Source: Raillietiella orientalis
Lineage: Eukaryota
Assembly (NCBI GenBank): GCA_036172245.1
Contig: JAYWIR010000019.1
Span: 2,294,001 to 2,358,000, forward strand
Length of the DNA stretch: 64,000 nucleotides
Reading direction: 5' to 3'
Under the pieces are notes generated by a model. The model was not told the DNA's origin. It was given only the letters and a program-made list of their open reading frames with translations, and searched no databases. A program made the position numbers and the translations under genes. How positions within the stretch are numbered: position 1 is the stretch's first letter; every line of letters starts with the position of its first letter. This document shows positions 47,933 to 60,048 of this stretch, in pieces.

Positions 47933-48490
47933 GCCCGCGTCGGAAGCCGTGTGGTTACGGGGGTCTCCGCGCGTAGCACCATGCGTCGTGGGCTCAATAC
48001 TCCGAAGGAATCGATGCAGTGAGTCGTGGGTTCCCAGTTCACCCCACAGGATGACTCTGGTTGGCCTACATTCATCCGGGTGCGGCACTACTAGCGGTTA
48101 AAACCGGATGCCCCCGATGAGGGCCGGGAAAAATGGGAGTCGACTTTCGCGTCCTTCCAGGAATCACGGATAGGGGAGTTCCTCCTCCGGTTGTGAAGGA
48201 GCGTACCCCCTATTCCGGGGGGACCCCCGCGTCGTACTGATGGAGTAGGTGTGGCTCCAGCACCGCTCCAGAGAGTGCAGAGAAGCGAGCCCATCCCTTC
48301 GGGGAAGCTGCGTCTTTCTGAATTTCGGAAGTGTCCCTTCGAGGTTCTCTTCAGAGGAGTAAAAACAGGAGCGGATCCCACCGGAGAAGAAATTCCAGGT
48401 TCGGATCCTTTCCGGGTCCCCTTCAGAGAAGAAAGAATGTAGCGGACCCCACCGGGGGTCCTCCGGAGAGAAGGAAGGAGGATTCCCTTC
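47933..48490 (-). mobile_element. Decayed copy 1 of a GC-rich, formerly protein-coding repeat family (probably a retroelement ORF)
   Basis: Collinear similarity to 56463-57070 (shared blocks gcccgcgtcgga, gcaccatgc, caatactccg, tgggagtcgac, gtccttccaggaatca, tcttca(g)..gagt, ggagagaa). Differences are often synonymous in one minus-strand frame. Frameshifts and stops present. Confidence 0.6.
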
Positions 48491-51400
48491 TTGCCACTGC
48501 CACTTGCACTGGTTTGATCAGCATCTTCGAAACAACCATTCGTTCACATGGTATGGTGTCTGCGTGCCTACTCCTTCCGATATTAACGTTAGATGGTAGT
48601 AAGTGTTGGGATGGAGTAATTGCTGGTTTCACGTGTTCACAATATATTTTTGAAATTCGAAGTGATGCTTTGCACAAGAGTGAAATTTGTCGGTATTGTC
48701 TGCTGTGTTTGTCGCCGGAGGAACTCTTTGATTCGTGCTATTACTGAACCAGTGATTATTACTGCATTTATTTTTACTTTTTTTTTTTCCGGAAAAAAAA
48801 AAAAAAAGGAAAACTCGACAGAGTCTGGTGTTGGCAAGCAGTACCGTCGCAGGTGTTTTCCATCCTTTGGTGCAAAGAAGCGATTTCGATTTTGATTGCC
48901 TTTAGCTGGAGAGCAATAGTAGTCGTTCTTTGTGCGTTTTGGTGAAGATCATTTTCTCTTGGAATTTTCAGCCATGGGGATTAGAGCGGTTTCTGCTTCA
49001 CATTCAAATGAGTCCGGTTGTATGCAGTGACTTGTTGAGCAAACGTGTGTGTAAAAATTTCCCTTTCATCTTAAGAACGAGTCTTTAAATTCTGTTTCCT
49101 CTCGTATCTTGCTTATTAGAAGAGGTTCCGTTTGACGTTCTTTGTGCAGTTTGCGTTTCCAGTTTCTTCCTCTCTTTTTTTCCCGTATTCCCTAGCTGTT
49201 CCCTCTCCCCGCCTACCTCCCCCTTTAGCTCCAAGTCTCGTTTTTAAAAGCGAGCGTTAGTGCATTTCTTGTGCTGATTTGTTTTCATGTTGACTTCGTT
49301 GCTGGTGTGTCGGTTTCTTTCGAAACGCAGGCACGTGCCCGTTGCCATTGGCGTGTGCAGAAGAAGTAAAACCCGAGATGCAGTGAGAGACCCCAACGCT
49401 TTCGAAAGAACGGTAAGTATGAACCGCACAGTGTTCCAACTTCCGACTGCGGCCATGTGTTTGAAGTTTCACGAAAGCTGCCATTTTTTCTTTTTCCTCC
49501 CCCTAGGAAACGAAAACTTGGCGTTTGTGATCATTTGTCAAAGCAGTCTGAGTGCGGCCTTCTTCGTGGTGGCTTTCTGAAGATGTTTGATTTATCGTGC
49601 GCTGCGACGGATTCAGAAAATTTCATTTTGGGACATTTTCTAGAGGCTGTTTCACTGAGGGTTGAAAACTCTGTAGTGCTGATTATTTTGCAATCAGGAA
49701 CTTTGATAAGTTGAGTTTTCTTTTTCTTTTTTTTTTTTTTTTTTTAATAAGAAAAAGAAAAAAAGCGCCCAACTAAGGTAACGCATGATTGAACTGCGCG
49801 GGTGGTGAAAACTTTGTAGGAATTTCAAAATGCAATTGGAAAAATCTGCGGTGTGCTCAAATTTTGCTTTTAATTCTGCAATGCAGTTCGTGACGGGAGA
49901 AAACTCACATTGCAATGTAGACGCTTAGGCCATTTCTAGGACGCGTTTTTTCCCCTTCTTTTGCTGAGTGTGAAGGCTGATAAAACACCATCGAATGGTA
50001 GCTGGAAACCACGGAAGTGCAGTTGAAATTTTCTTGAGCATCCCCAAGCAGCCCGTTTTCTCTTCGTACCGGCCACGCCTGGGATCGATGAGGGTCCACA
50101 GCTGATTCCTCATGAAAATGTAATGAACTGTAATGAGGAGGTATAAAAGATCGAATGTGTACGCTGCAAAGGGTCGGTTGTGAAAATTTGCTTATGTAAT
50201 CAGTGGAAGTGTAATTCGAGGCAGATGGAAGAAATTCCATCGAATACATGTTTTTGAAGTATTTCAAGCTTTCGGATTTCTTTGCTTCAGAATGAAGATT
50301 ATTGTACTGAAATGTAAAATAAAAATAAAATTAGGTTGTCGTGAAATACGAGCATTTCGAGACTGGTTTATTTCTAAGGAAATATCGTTTGTTTCATGGT
50401 GACCTGCTGTATAGTGCCGCATTTCTGGCTTTACGTCGACGGCCATCTTGGAGGGAAAACGGAATGTTCCTCCGGTAATCCCCCCCCCTCCACATTTCGA
50501 AAGGAAATTTTTTTTCAGACTTCTTTCTTATGCGTTACTGAATTCGACATTTTAGAAATTCAGGTATTTTTTTTTCCTTTTATGTTCGATAATGAAAGAA
50601 CGTATTTCTGTGAATTTTTTTTATTTGTTTTCAATCAGAATGCACATTTCGGGTGTGAAGCATGTTGGCACCATTGGTCTGTATTGCCCCATCCGTTTTT
50701 TTTTTCTTATAAAAATGTTGACATCCGTTCGCAAAAGCACTGTCAAGCCTTGGAGGGGACTTTCTTCCGTCTGCAAGCTTGCATCTTTCCATAGGTGGTA
50801 CTGGGGCCAATCTGCGCTACGAATATTTTAGGTGGAATCGTTTTCATGTGTCGTGTCAGTGCAACACTGCCTTCCGGCTCGTTTTTTTCCTTTTAAAGTG
50901 ACGTTTCACTGCTCATGTGAGCTACCAGAAAAATAGCGTAAGGGGTCTAAAAGAAAAAAAAAAAAAAAAAATTCGAATATTGGTTTAAGGACATATGAAG
51001 AGGAAAGTGCACGAAAAGAAGCAGCTTATATTATCAATTGCAAGTTCACTTGTCAGTGCCTTTCCGTCTGTCGTTAAGAGTATGAGAAGAGCTCAGAAAA
51101 TTCTCGAACGTAGCTTGAGGTATCAGAACTGGGACCGAAAAACAGCAAGATTCAATATTGCTACGTACTTTGTGGAAACTGCATAGAAGTATTTATCTCT
51201 GAATTGTCGAAATGTTTTCTCTGATGGACTTTCCTCGTTGAATGATGTAAAGAAAAAAAAAGTACCAGAATTTTCCAACTTTCGTGGAACCTTGCAGAAC
51301 TTGGAGGCGCAGTTTCATTTATTGCCAACTTTGTGGCTGCATTTCTGATTTCTGAATGACGTCATGTAATTAAATTTTTCGCCCGCGTTATGTAAGCATC

Positions 51401-54337
51401 CATGGAGCACTCCGCAGCATCTTCATCAAACATCCGTTAAAAGCGAACGCGGTTAACCACCACGGGCGGTCGCGAATGTTTTGAACAGTGAAATTCACAG
51501 CTGCTACATAACTTCTTCGATCTTTTGGGGCAGTGTAGTTTTTCAAGTTTGTTGATGTTCAATGCCATAAACCGTATATTTGTGTACATGATCGAGCAGT
51601 ACGGCTTGGCGTCAGATTTACTGTCATGTAGGACATACGGATCATTAATTCTCGTGAAGAACGTGAGCATGGATGTGATTTGCAAGTGATCTTCCTGCTC
51701 TTGTTGTGTGCCTCTAAGCTGCCTTGAGCGTCAAGTAGAGCATCCAAACAGCTAAGGAGTTTTCGTGTGCACACTCAGAATTTTCATGCATGAGATCGAT
51801 CGCATCTTCGCATCCCAGTTGCGCGATCGAAAGGGCTCAAAAAGAGAGAGAGAGAGGAAAAAAGAAGTGTGTGCGCACTTATTTCATGTATATTTTGTGC
51901 AGGCTGTCGTTTTGTGGTGCCCCTTGCATATTTTCTTTCCCTCACTCCGTTTTCCTCCCTCTTCCTCTCTTTTAGAACTCAGGTTGAAAGCAATAGTTAG
52001 GAGCAGAAGACATATAAATCTTGCGATAAATGTGGAACTATCATTATTTCTGTGTTGCTTTGCCATCTCTTGGAAGTGTGCTCTACGCGAATGCAGCATT
52101 TTTGGTTGCGGGGTTGTGTGCTCTTTCTAATTTCTGAAAGGCACTGATTTCCCTTGGATTCAGCATCCAAGCGCGGAAAGGACCAGCTTCATTTTCGGTT
52201 CTAGAAAGTACGTGGAGACAGTTGGGAAAAACGGCGTTGCTTAAACCAGGAGATTGTAAGTGAGCTGAAAAGCAAGGAAGAGTGCATTGCTCTCTTATTT
52301 TTTTTTTATAAATGCTCATAAAATCCGGAAAACTTTTCGGGAATTCAGTGCTCACTTTTGGAAAATTTAGTTCGCTTTATCTTCATCTATCATCGCTTTA
52401 TCTTCAGATTGACACCATTGGTAGTACAGATACATAGAGATGAGGGGGACTCCTTTGTAAATTTGCTGTGCCCATTGAATTCAAGACACTTACAGCTTGT
52501 AATTTAGAACCATTGTGGTTAATATTTGACCAGTGATGCTTCTATCTAAATGAACTCGAATTCTTTTCGCTCTGTGCTCTCCTTAGAATTGATCTTTGCC
52601 GGACAACATATATGAGTATGCATATAATAGCGTCGTAATGCAGAAAAAGTGCTGTTTCAAATGAATTTTTTCTGCTTTTTAAAATCAATGCCTTTGGCTT
52701 CCGAAAAAAATGCCGGAAAGAAAGGTAACCTTACATCGAAATACGCTATCAAGTATCGTATGTTATTAAGTCATGCTTCCATTTTTTTTTCGCAACGATA
52801 AGGAGTCAACCACTCGTGAGACCCTATCGGTTTTTCACAATGATTTTGTAAAAACAAAAACTACAACTTTAAGAGGTCCTCATTTGGGCTGGATGTTGAA
52901 AGTTCCTTGTCCGCAGCAAGACTTTCATCCTTTTCTACTCAAGAATGGTACAGAGATGCTGCATTTCTCGGTTCTGAACCACATTTTTTTTTCTTTCCCC
53001 CATCAAACTTTTCTCGTTTAACTTTGGTTTCATTACTTTCTTGATTTGTTGTGTCTGTACGGATGGTCAGCATTCATTTATGTTTCATGTTTTCAAATTG
53101 TTTTGGCATTCCTGTAAAAAAAAAAAAAAGGTGAACAGTTTCCTTTTCCTGTGACTGCAATCAAGCCAGTAGCAGTCTTTTTATCTCGCAGCCGGCGGCG
53201 GCAACACGAAACGCAAAATCCGGGATCCGCTTCCCTGCCCAACTGGTTCCATTAATTTTGGAGTGAGTCTGTGACTGTGAGCCCCATTCACCCAAACTTG
53301 GGCAGAGGAAGGCTGGGAGACACTTCTTACCGTGACCACTCGTTAGCAGCAAAAGTGGAAACCCAGTGCACTCCATGTCAGCAGACTTACATTTCTTTGC
53401 ATGACGGATTGCAAAAGTGGGAAAACACACAAACGAGGAATAATCCGAACCCGCGCCTCTTTGACGCTGTCCTTTGACGAATAGTTTTATCCTTCCAAGC
53501 GCGTACCATGATTTCGCTTCCCAGTCGTATTCCAGACAGATCTTGCCGATATTTTTCTTCTGGACTCTTGGGAAAGATTCCTGGATTGGTGCGTGATGGG
53601 AGATGTTTCGTTTTTGGGGTGGCAGGGTATATCTTTTCAGCTTTCGGTGAACGGGCTGCTTGTCCCTGCTTTCGAGTATGGGGTCACTTTCGTGTACAGC
53701 AAGTGTTTGTTTGGTTTCGTATCCCCGCGACATCATGTACAAAATCGTGGAATTCGTTCTTTTTTTTTTTTTTTAAATTCAGGCGGGCAACCCCGTGGTC
53801 ATGATGGAATCGCTCTTCGGGAACACCTAAACGATGCATATGCAGCACACTGTGAAGTCAGCTGGCATTTTTTTCTGTTTCTATTTTTTCGATTTAGAAA
53901 AGTGTTCTGTTTTTAAGTAAACTCGCAGTGAATGCATACAGGAATTTTTAAAAAAAAATTCATTTATCTATAACTTAATTCTCACTTTGCATCTGCAGTT
54001 GTCTAAAAAAAAAAAAAAAATATTCTGTGGTCGATTAGAATGCGATCATGCATTCTGTTGAACCTTTGCCCGAAGTGAATACCACGAATAGCGAAAAGTG
54101 GGATGCAGTTATTAACATTCTTTCCCCTTACTCGGAACTCATAGGAAAGAAAGTTTGACCTCCTCCCCTTTTTTCCCAGATTATTATTTTTTGTAAATTC
54201 ATGCGGATTTTATTACTTTATGCCCGTTTGTGTGGGAGTGCTTATTCGTGACCTACTGGTTCGGAACTGACATTTCTGTCTCACGCCATTCAGTAAATGT
54301 GCTTGCAAACTTTTTTGCCACTCTTCGCGGTCGCCTC

Positions 54338-54549
54338 AACAGCACTGCTGGTTTTTCACCCGGAACCGCCGGGGCATTTATTCTTAAAATTTTAGCAAAG
54401 TAAAATCCCATAATAAAGTCTCAGAACAGTTCTCAGGCGGAACACATGGTTCTGCCTGTCTGGAAACACTTGTCTTTACCGGCCCTTAGGCCGGTGAGGT
54501 CCTCTTCGCTGGCGAAGGGGGAGGGAAAACCACAAACAGCACTGCTGGT
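54338..54549 (-). mobile_element. 182-bp hairpin-rich insertion (54353-54534) flanked by a perfect 15-bp direct repeat; candidate retroposed fragment or SINE-like element
   Basis: AACAGCACTGCTGGT at 54338-52 and 54535-49. Four GC-rich hairpins inside. Minus-strand AATAAA (54377-82) and a short A run lie next to the left repeat. The strand is inferred. Confidence 0.5.
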
Positions 54550-54977
54550 CAAGTAGTGGCATCATTGCATTAGATACCAAGTCAAAAAGGCTTAACTTAC
54601 TGTTTATGAGTGCATGGGTATAACTTGGGAGCAAAAAGACTTTGCCACAGCTGGCACTTGTTTTTCGTTTTTGCCACGTAGGAATTATTTTTTAATTTTT
54701 TGGAATTTGTTCGGTACTGTGGTAAACAAAGGCATCATGCTAAAACAACTTTTCTCAAAACTCAATGAAAACACCGGAAAAGCATGCTTTTGTACGTTTG
54801 AAGACATGGTAATTCAGTCTTTAAGAGGTGAAGAAGTAAATGAAAACTTGCGCGAATTCCTGAATTTTGATTGGCATCACACGTGGGTCAAAACCATCAC
54901 AGAACGATTCGTTTATTGTGTACATGTCGGCTTCTGTTGTGCATTGCAAGCAAGGTATATTCTGCTTCCGCGTATTT

Positions 54978-55240
54978 GGTATGGATGTTGCTCACAGGAC
55001 CTGTGAAGTTCCTCGATGTTTATTTGCATCGTCAGACCGAAGGAGTGTGGTTCAGATGGCCGCGTGTCGTAGTTTCATCGTGGCTTTCAGCCGCTGGATG
55101 TGGTGGTAATGAGCGTTTGCTGTGTTTGCGGATCCTCCTGAAAAGTTTCCTCAGGTTTTCCTCGAGCTCTAGGAAACATCCTTGGCGCGAGACTTTCGTG
55201 CTGCAGTTGCCTAGGTGAGTGGATGATGCATCCACACCCT
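54978..55240. repeat. 263-bp duplicate of 57229-57491
   Basis: Ungapped alignment with 11 substitutions counted by eye (about 96% identity). Confidence 0.95.
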
Positions 55241-56070
55241 TAATCATTGCAAACCATCAGTTAGTACTGGACATTCCCTTGTTGATGGAGTTTTTCGAGC
55301 AACTGGGCTGGCCAACAAGGTGATAGTGGACTATCCACCGAATGCTCAAGTATACGCATTTCGGTATTGCATTGCATAAAGACTTCTTCATAGACACCGT
55401 AAGTGACTTTCTTCCTCTGATCTCCTTCTCTCCATTCCCCGCGAAAACCGGAAATCAAATGCTCATTTTACAGGATGGGAAAGCAAAAAGTGCTGCCGAT
55501 CAATTTATCCAAACATGTTCGGGAAGTGCATGTACGTATACAGAGACAGTGGCTGGTTTTTTTTTTCCTGAAGGAGGGTTTCTTTGCAACATAAAAGCAT
55601 CCAGTCAGAAGTGGTATAACGTGCATATATTTTATATTTTATTGATGTATTATATTCGCACATGAAAACCACATTCCGTGCCTTGGAGCATGTTGCACTT
55701 TCTCGTTCAGGAGCATTCAAAATAATGATACAACACCTACATCCACTGATTTTAAAGAAGTCTCGAACGGGTCATTCGTCAAGAGTCACTGATGTTGCCA
55801 TTGTACATCCTAATGGGATTCCATTTGACGTTCTTGCTGCCACATCAGGATGAAAATATCCTATCTAAACTGTGTTTTATTATCCCAGATGTTACATGGA
55901 TCAAGTAAGGATAGCAAAATTATGTTATCATTTAGACCATGTAATTTGCATTCAGATTCCACTAGAAGATGGCAAAAGTACGTTGAAAGTGAGTGTTTGC
56001 ACGTTTTCAAGAAGAAGAAAAAAAAAAAAAACGGTATACGAGAAATATTTTTAAATCAGAACTACTCTTG
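55241..56070 (+). pseudogene. Unprocessed, 5'-truncated LPGAT1-paralog pseudogene (equivalents of exons 3-6)
   Basis: Remnant peptides IIANHQLVLDIPLLM, LKYTHFGIALHKDFFIDT, RQWLVFFPEGGFL...SQK, FAHENHIP/ALEHVALSRSGAF, DVAIVHPNGIPFD, TVFYY, IPLED. Introns at the same positions as the functional gene (55399-55473, 55611-55653, 55905-55955). Lesions: several frameshifts, stops TGA 55851 and TAA 55866, and acceptor AG changed to AT at 55652-53. Confidence 0.9.
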
Positions 56071-56462
56071 AATCTTATTGATGACAAAATATCCTCTTGT
56101 GTGAGATGAGTGAAGAATAACGCTACCACGTTGATTCGTGTACATTTAGGTTATGTTAGGTCTTACATATTTTATAGCGCTGTAATTACTATTTACATGA
56201 AAATAGGATTGGTGTTCCTTTGGAAAAGCATATGTACTCTAAGCAATCGACATTAGCTTTTCATATTTTTTGCATGCAATACTTCCCGGTTGTAGCCAAG
56301 TTTTCGTCGTATTGGCCGGAAGTTACGGAAGTCAGATGCAGTCAGAACTTGCGATTAGGCCCCAACGAAGAAACATGGGGCTTTCAGCTTCTTCAGCGTT
56401 TACCAACTGTGCGATTTTCGATCAGCTACGTACAAAAGGCACAAGCAGTTAATCAATTTCTT

Positions 56463-57491
56463 GCCCGCGTCGGAGGCTTCGTGGTTAAGACTTCCGTGAG
56501 TGGCACCATGCATCGCGGGTTCCAATACTCCGGCAGAAACTGACGCCACGGCGTCGTTGGCTTCCGAGTTTCTCCTGCAATGGCGCTGGATGGCCGAAAC
56601 ATTTGGGCGTGGCACCGGCGGTGGATTAAGCCGGAGGCCCCCGATGAAGGCCGGAACAGTGGGAGTCGACCTTCTGGTCCTTCCAGGAATCAAGGAGTGA
56701 GGAGTTCTCCCTCCTACCGTGCAACGGAGAGTGGACCCCCCTCACCGGGAGGGCCCTCCGGTTTCAAGATGGAGCAGGAGCCCTCACAGGCACCTCTCCA
56801 GTTGCTCAAAGGAGAGGACCCTCCCTGTTGCGGGAGGGACCCTCCGAGTCGTCGACTCTTCACAGAGTGCAAGGAAGCAGGCGAGAGCGATTCCCTGCGG
56901 GAAGCTGCAGCGCCCCTTCTGAATTCGGAAGCGTCCCTTCGGGATTCTCTTCAGGGGAGTGAAGAGGAGAGGTTCCCTTGCGGGTTCCCTCCGGAGAAGA
57001 TGAAATGGAGAGGACCACACCCCCTTTCCGGGGGGTCCCTTCGGAGAGAATGAGGAAGGAGATTCTCTTCGGTGTTCCCCTTCGGAGACAACCAGGGTGG
57101 GAGGTGCGATCCCCCCCGTCCGGGGGGATCCCTCTCCAAGCGTGAGAGGAACGGATCCGAGCCCTTCCTGGATTCATAGGGCGGACCCCTATCCCGGGGT
57201 GCCCCCTATCCTGAAGTTTCAGGATGAAGGTATGGATGTTGCTCCCATGACCTGTGAAGTTCTTCGATGTTTATTTGCATCGTCAGACCGAAGGAGTGTG
57301 GTTCAGATGGCCGCGTGTCGTAGTTTCATCGTGGCTTTCAGCCGCTGAATGTGGTGGTAATGAGCGTTTGTTGTGTTTGCGGATCCTCCTGAAAAGTTTC
57401 CTCAGGTTTTTCTCAAGCACTACGAAACATCCTTGGCGCGAGACTTTCCTGCTGCAGTTGCCTAGGTGAGTGGATGATGCATCCACATCCT
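56463..57491 (-). mobile_element. Decayed copy 2 (longer) of the GC-rich repeat family, including the source of the 263-bp duplication; may extend to about 57750
   Basis: Similar to 47933-48490 over 56463-57070, and 57229-57491 matches 54978-55240. Minus-strand remnants include Cys/His-rich pieces, a Pro/Ser/Glu-rich linker and IPGRTRRSTPTVPAFIGGLRL...HGATHGSLNHEASDAG. Confidence 0.6.
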
Positions 57492-60048
57492 ACACTGAAG
57501 AATTACCATGCCCCCTGCGGGCTTGCACGCAGGGGAGAGGCGTGGAAACCAAACAGTGTGTTTAAAGAGCCATGTACGCCGCAAGGCACTCGACCGGCTC
57601 TTGAGGTACTAAGCGAACCAAAAAAAAGAAAACTCTAAAAAAAAAAAAAAAAAAAAGCTGGAAGGAAAACAGCTTAGACAGAAGAAAAAGAACCCAAGGA
57701 TTTCCAGCGTCCTTCGGGTCCTCCCAGGACTCCTAGGGTTTTCGTTTTCTAATCGTCTACCTCCTCCCGCATGAGTGATAAAAGATTTCCATGTACTTCC
57801 ATCCTCCAGAGGTGTGAGACTGTGAATTCAAGGCAAACGCCTTGCTCATCCTCAATTTCTGAAATGGTGCCTATTTTCGTCTTTCGTCGAAAACAGCAAG
57901 TTCTGTGTTCTGGGCTTTTCAATCCAGTGTTTGTCGGGTGGTTTGCATTCCCAACTGAATTTTCACATAATACATGGTTTTGTGCACAAGTGCATCCCGA
58001 TGGACTCGTAGCAGAATGTTCCATTCGGAAAATCCAGAAGTGGTCCCTTTTTGCACAGTTCCATGCAAAAGTTCATGGAAGTGTTTCCTTCGTTCCGTTC
58101 TACAGGGCGAGTGGTTCGTGTTAATGTTTTTGAAATGAATGGAATTGGAAGGCAGCAGCTCAGTGAGCTCTGCATACTTCGGTCCGTGTGGATGAACATT
58201 TGCAGATAGGCGTGAAAGTGATCCAAGTTGAGGACAGTCTTCCCAAAGCCGTGGTTGTGGCTGCTAATGAAAGCAGCTGAGGACTTTCCGGCGCTCGAAG
58301 CTCGTAAAGTGCAGTTCTCTTAGAATGCAGACAACCCAAGCCTGAAGCGAACATCCTTCGTCCGGGAACAGGTTTCCATTTGGTATGATGCGGGCGCTTC
58401 CGTGTGTTTGGAGTTTTTTAAAGAGCGTATAAGATGAAAGTAATTTTCCTTTCTTGCGCCTGGAAAATGTTGGAAGTTTAGGTGAACAACTTTTTTGACA
58501 TGATTAATGGGATCCAACGAAAATTTGAACTTGTTGAGTTCCCTTGGGAATAAATATACATTTGCGATTGCTCTTGAAGCAACAGATTTCTCGTCTTTAG
58601 CCCCCTCCCCTCCCACACACACACAAATGTTGCGCTAATTAATCTCTTAGGACGGAACTTTCTATAGTGCAAGCGCCCCCCAGCATAGGGTATGCATTGC
58701 GGCCACGAAGTTTCCCAAATATCTCGTGGGGCGAACAGTTTTTGTTTGAAGCAGCGTAGTTATCGCGACTCGGAATAGCAGGACGGATGACAAAAGAAGA
58801 GTGGTTAAACTCCTACTGAAAGCATCTGATCTAACTTTATGCTGCATTTGTCGCACTACCGGCCATCAGGCTTTCTTTGCTCGTGGCTCTCATAAATTGC
58901 ATATTGAGCTTCCTGCCGCCCCATGTGCCCACTGCAGGCTGCGTGAAGACAGGCCAAAATATTGAACTTTGGTTGAACAGCGATGGTGTCTGCGATTTCC
59001 CAGAGAAAGCAATAACACTTTTAGGCTTTCGATCCTCCAAAAAGTTTAACGATTCGCCCCCCCCCCCTTCCTTCCACTTCTTCAGCCAATAAACTAATAG
59101 ATACTAATCTCTGGGATTCGAGGTGAAAGTTTCCTCAATGATTTTATGGGGAGAGAACGTAGTTAACAGCTTTGGTACCAATTGATTTTTGCATATTGAG
59201 CGCCTCTTTTTTTTTCTTTTTTGAAAAACGAAAATTTGGTGCTTGATGAAAAATTGATTAAGCATTTTTTCTTTTAAAACAATCGATGGAAATTTCCCTG
59301 AAGTGGAGTGTACCATGTGTCATGATTGACCGATTGATTCGATGTTGGGGGGACCTTGAAACCCTGGACTGATTCGAAACCATGTAAAATGAGAACATTC
59401 AAAAACAGCCTGTAAAGGTAATCACACATCATACTCCAGGCGGGTATGACTTGAGTTCGTCCTCTTTATTCCCTTCTTCCCGAAACCTGAAGCAGGTTCC
59501 ACCATCTTCACGAACGGCTTTCAGGATCTTCGCTTCCGATTGCTCGCTTGAAGCGATCCACGCTGTAAATGAAATGAGGAGTTTCATTTGAATTATACAT
59601 GCTCTTAAGAGTTGTGATTTTTTAACCCCCCTTGATTTTTGTTTTTTCGTTTTTTGGATTTCACGGGGGGGGGGATGCCTATTTCTGATTGTTTGCCATG
59701 AACATTTCACGTGCGTTGGGAAATAGAGAGGGACTTTCTTACGAATTTTGTTTGCAAAGCGGTACTTTTAAAATTCTTGTGGCTTCTGTGTTCTAAGCGT
59801 GGGTGGCACTCGTGGTTAAAAAAAAAAAAAAAAAAAAAATTCCGTGTGGCATATGATGGTAAGCCTCTGATGCGCATGTTTGCATGTGGCGATTTGGTTC
59901 CTACCGGGCGACGAAATGTGCCTTTCTTTATAGTGAAGGCCGGGTTTCAGTAAAGCATTTGGATAATCAAAATGAGCGGAAACTATCATGCTGTTTGTTC
60001 TGTGGCTTTCAAGTGTAATGTAATGAATTATGCATATTCTTGACTGGA

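Noticed and set aside
56463..57230. Impression of an endogenous deltavirus or narnavirus-like sequence (purine/pyrimidine blocks, CTTCGG loops)
   Set aside because: No delta-antigen, RdRp GDD or ribozyme motifs found; better explained as the decayed repeat family.
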